Notes under the pieces: model-generated
The model's input: the letters and a program-made list of their open reading frames with translations, nothing else
The model's database searches: none
Told to the model about the DNA's origin: nothing
In this document: positions 62,991 to 64,000 of the stretch, in pieces
Position numbering within the stretch: position 1 is the first letter of the stretch
Layout of the letters: the number at the start of each line of letters is the position of its first letter
Assembly: GCF_018977255.1 (NCBI RefSeq)
Contig: NW_024704743.1
Location: 112,160,001 to 112,224,000 of the forward strand
DNA from: Callorhinchus milii
Taxonomy: Eukaryota
DNA: 64,000 nucleotides
Reading direction: 5' to 3'
Position numbers and translations under genes: made by a program

Positions 62991-64000
62991 GAGTCCTGAG
63001 AAGCCAGTTTGTGCTAAGAAGAACTCTTGGAAAATGCCGCCGAATTGATGCCACCCATTAGATCACCTTACCTTTGGATCCAGCTACAATTGACCGATTC
63101 TTCCTTGTGAGTATGGAAACCTCTGGGAGATACTTTATCCAATAAAGAGGGCAATATGATTTTTTCTTAAAACTTTGTTAGGAAACAGACCCTTGAGAAA
63201 GAAAATGTTCCCTATCCCATTCACTGTTTCCCTCGACTTCCACATCCTTAAATTTGAAGGCATTTCATTCTGGTTATCACTAACAAACTATTATGCTCCT
63301 TATAAGATGGTGGAGATTTGAGGAACTGCAATTTTTTACTTTCAACTGTCCAGAAGGTTGACCCCCACTGATAAACACATTCCCTATTCTCTTTTTATCC
63401 TCTTTTTATCCAACACAACTCCTTTGAGAGAGTGAGACCATATTACCATACCAGCTCTCCTAGTCCCAGCACATCCTCAAACTGTCAAATGAAGACAAGA
63501 AAAAGAACTCAAAATAAAGCTGTTTTTCCTTTAACAAATGATAATGCATGTTTATGCTTTACCCTATCGACCTCCTCCAAAATCCAATTCCTAAGTGGCT
63601 TCCCTTTGACCTGGAATTTCAAGTAATCTCACAAGGAGACAAAAAAAGAACATGTCAAACTGAAGGGCAACTAAGGTGCCACCTTCTGAGAGATGACCCA
63701 AGCAATGTGCAACTTTGTTCCCTTCTACCTCAATGACACTGACAATCATAGATGGAAGTGGACCCAATATTTAATCCTTCTCTCAAAATGCTAGTGTAAC
63801 ATCACCACATTGTACACTGCAACATAATTCTGATGTAATATAACATCACTACTGATAGGTGATTGCTTGTCAAGACAATATTAGCAGCAAAGATCATAAA
63901 TGGTCACTTTGCAACAAGTTTGTTTTGGGTCTTCTAGGTTCCAGCTGCAGCCTCACTTTACTCTGGATGTACAGAGGTTGCAATTCCACCAACGCATCCA

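Larger units (their letters stand above)
59800..64000 (+). mobile_element. Heavily decayed BEL/Pao LTR-retrotransposon pol region (RT, RNase H/A17, integrase, C-terminal domain), interrupted by SINEs and CR1
   Basis: Ordered motif remnants: KASEAIFAS (~61590), FASKSKIAPVKNIKPRITL (61678-61734; compare SKSRVAPLK..IPRLEL), FIQ*RG..NFV (~63135-63180), EGISFW..APY..GG (~63255-63315), WKWTQYL..IGDCL..KWSL (~63750-63910). Many stops and frameshifts; no LTR identified. Confidence 0.6.

Noticed and set aside
1..64000. CRISPR array, operon or other prokaryotic system
   Set aside because: Recurrent sequences are dispersed SINE/LINE copies in both orientations. There is no regular repeat-spacer array and no gene-dense coding.

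Overview
This window is AT-rich vertebrate genomic DNA, not prokaryotic. Its repeats are tRNA-derived SINEs with Deu/CORE-like bodies and (TTA)n L2-type tails, L2 LINEs with (GTT)n tails, and many CR1 fragments. These point to a cartilaginous fish, probably a chimaera such as Callorhinchus milii (recognised from memory, not from a search). Most of the window is intronic or intergenic. The only gene evidence is on the minus strand: a 26-nt internal exon at 58281-58306 and two candidate terminal exons at about 53.98 kb and 19.07-19.29 kb. The gene is unidentified; a C8orf34-like 3' end is a weak guess. About 40 SINE copies or fragments, about 15 L2 pieces, about 12 CR1 pieces, several very old SINE-like relics and a heavily decayed BEL/Pao LTR-retrotransposon pol region (about 59.8-64 kb) are visible. 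The stretch at about 29.7-38 kb lacks recognisable repeats and looks regulatory, as does 44.9-45.5 kb. The most unusual directly visible signals are several perfected hairpins or fold-backs inside repeats (template-switch scars), a CORE/Deu chimeric SINE whose truncations recur at one internal hairpin, and an unclassified ancient repeat family with stem-loops. I found no evidence for a novel multi-gene system. Repeat boundaries are approximate (about +/-20 bp, more for old elements).
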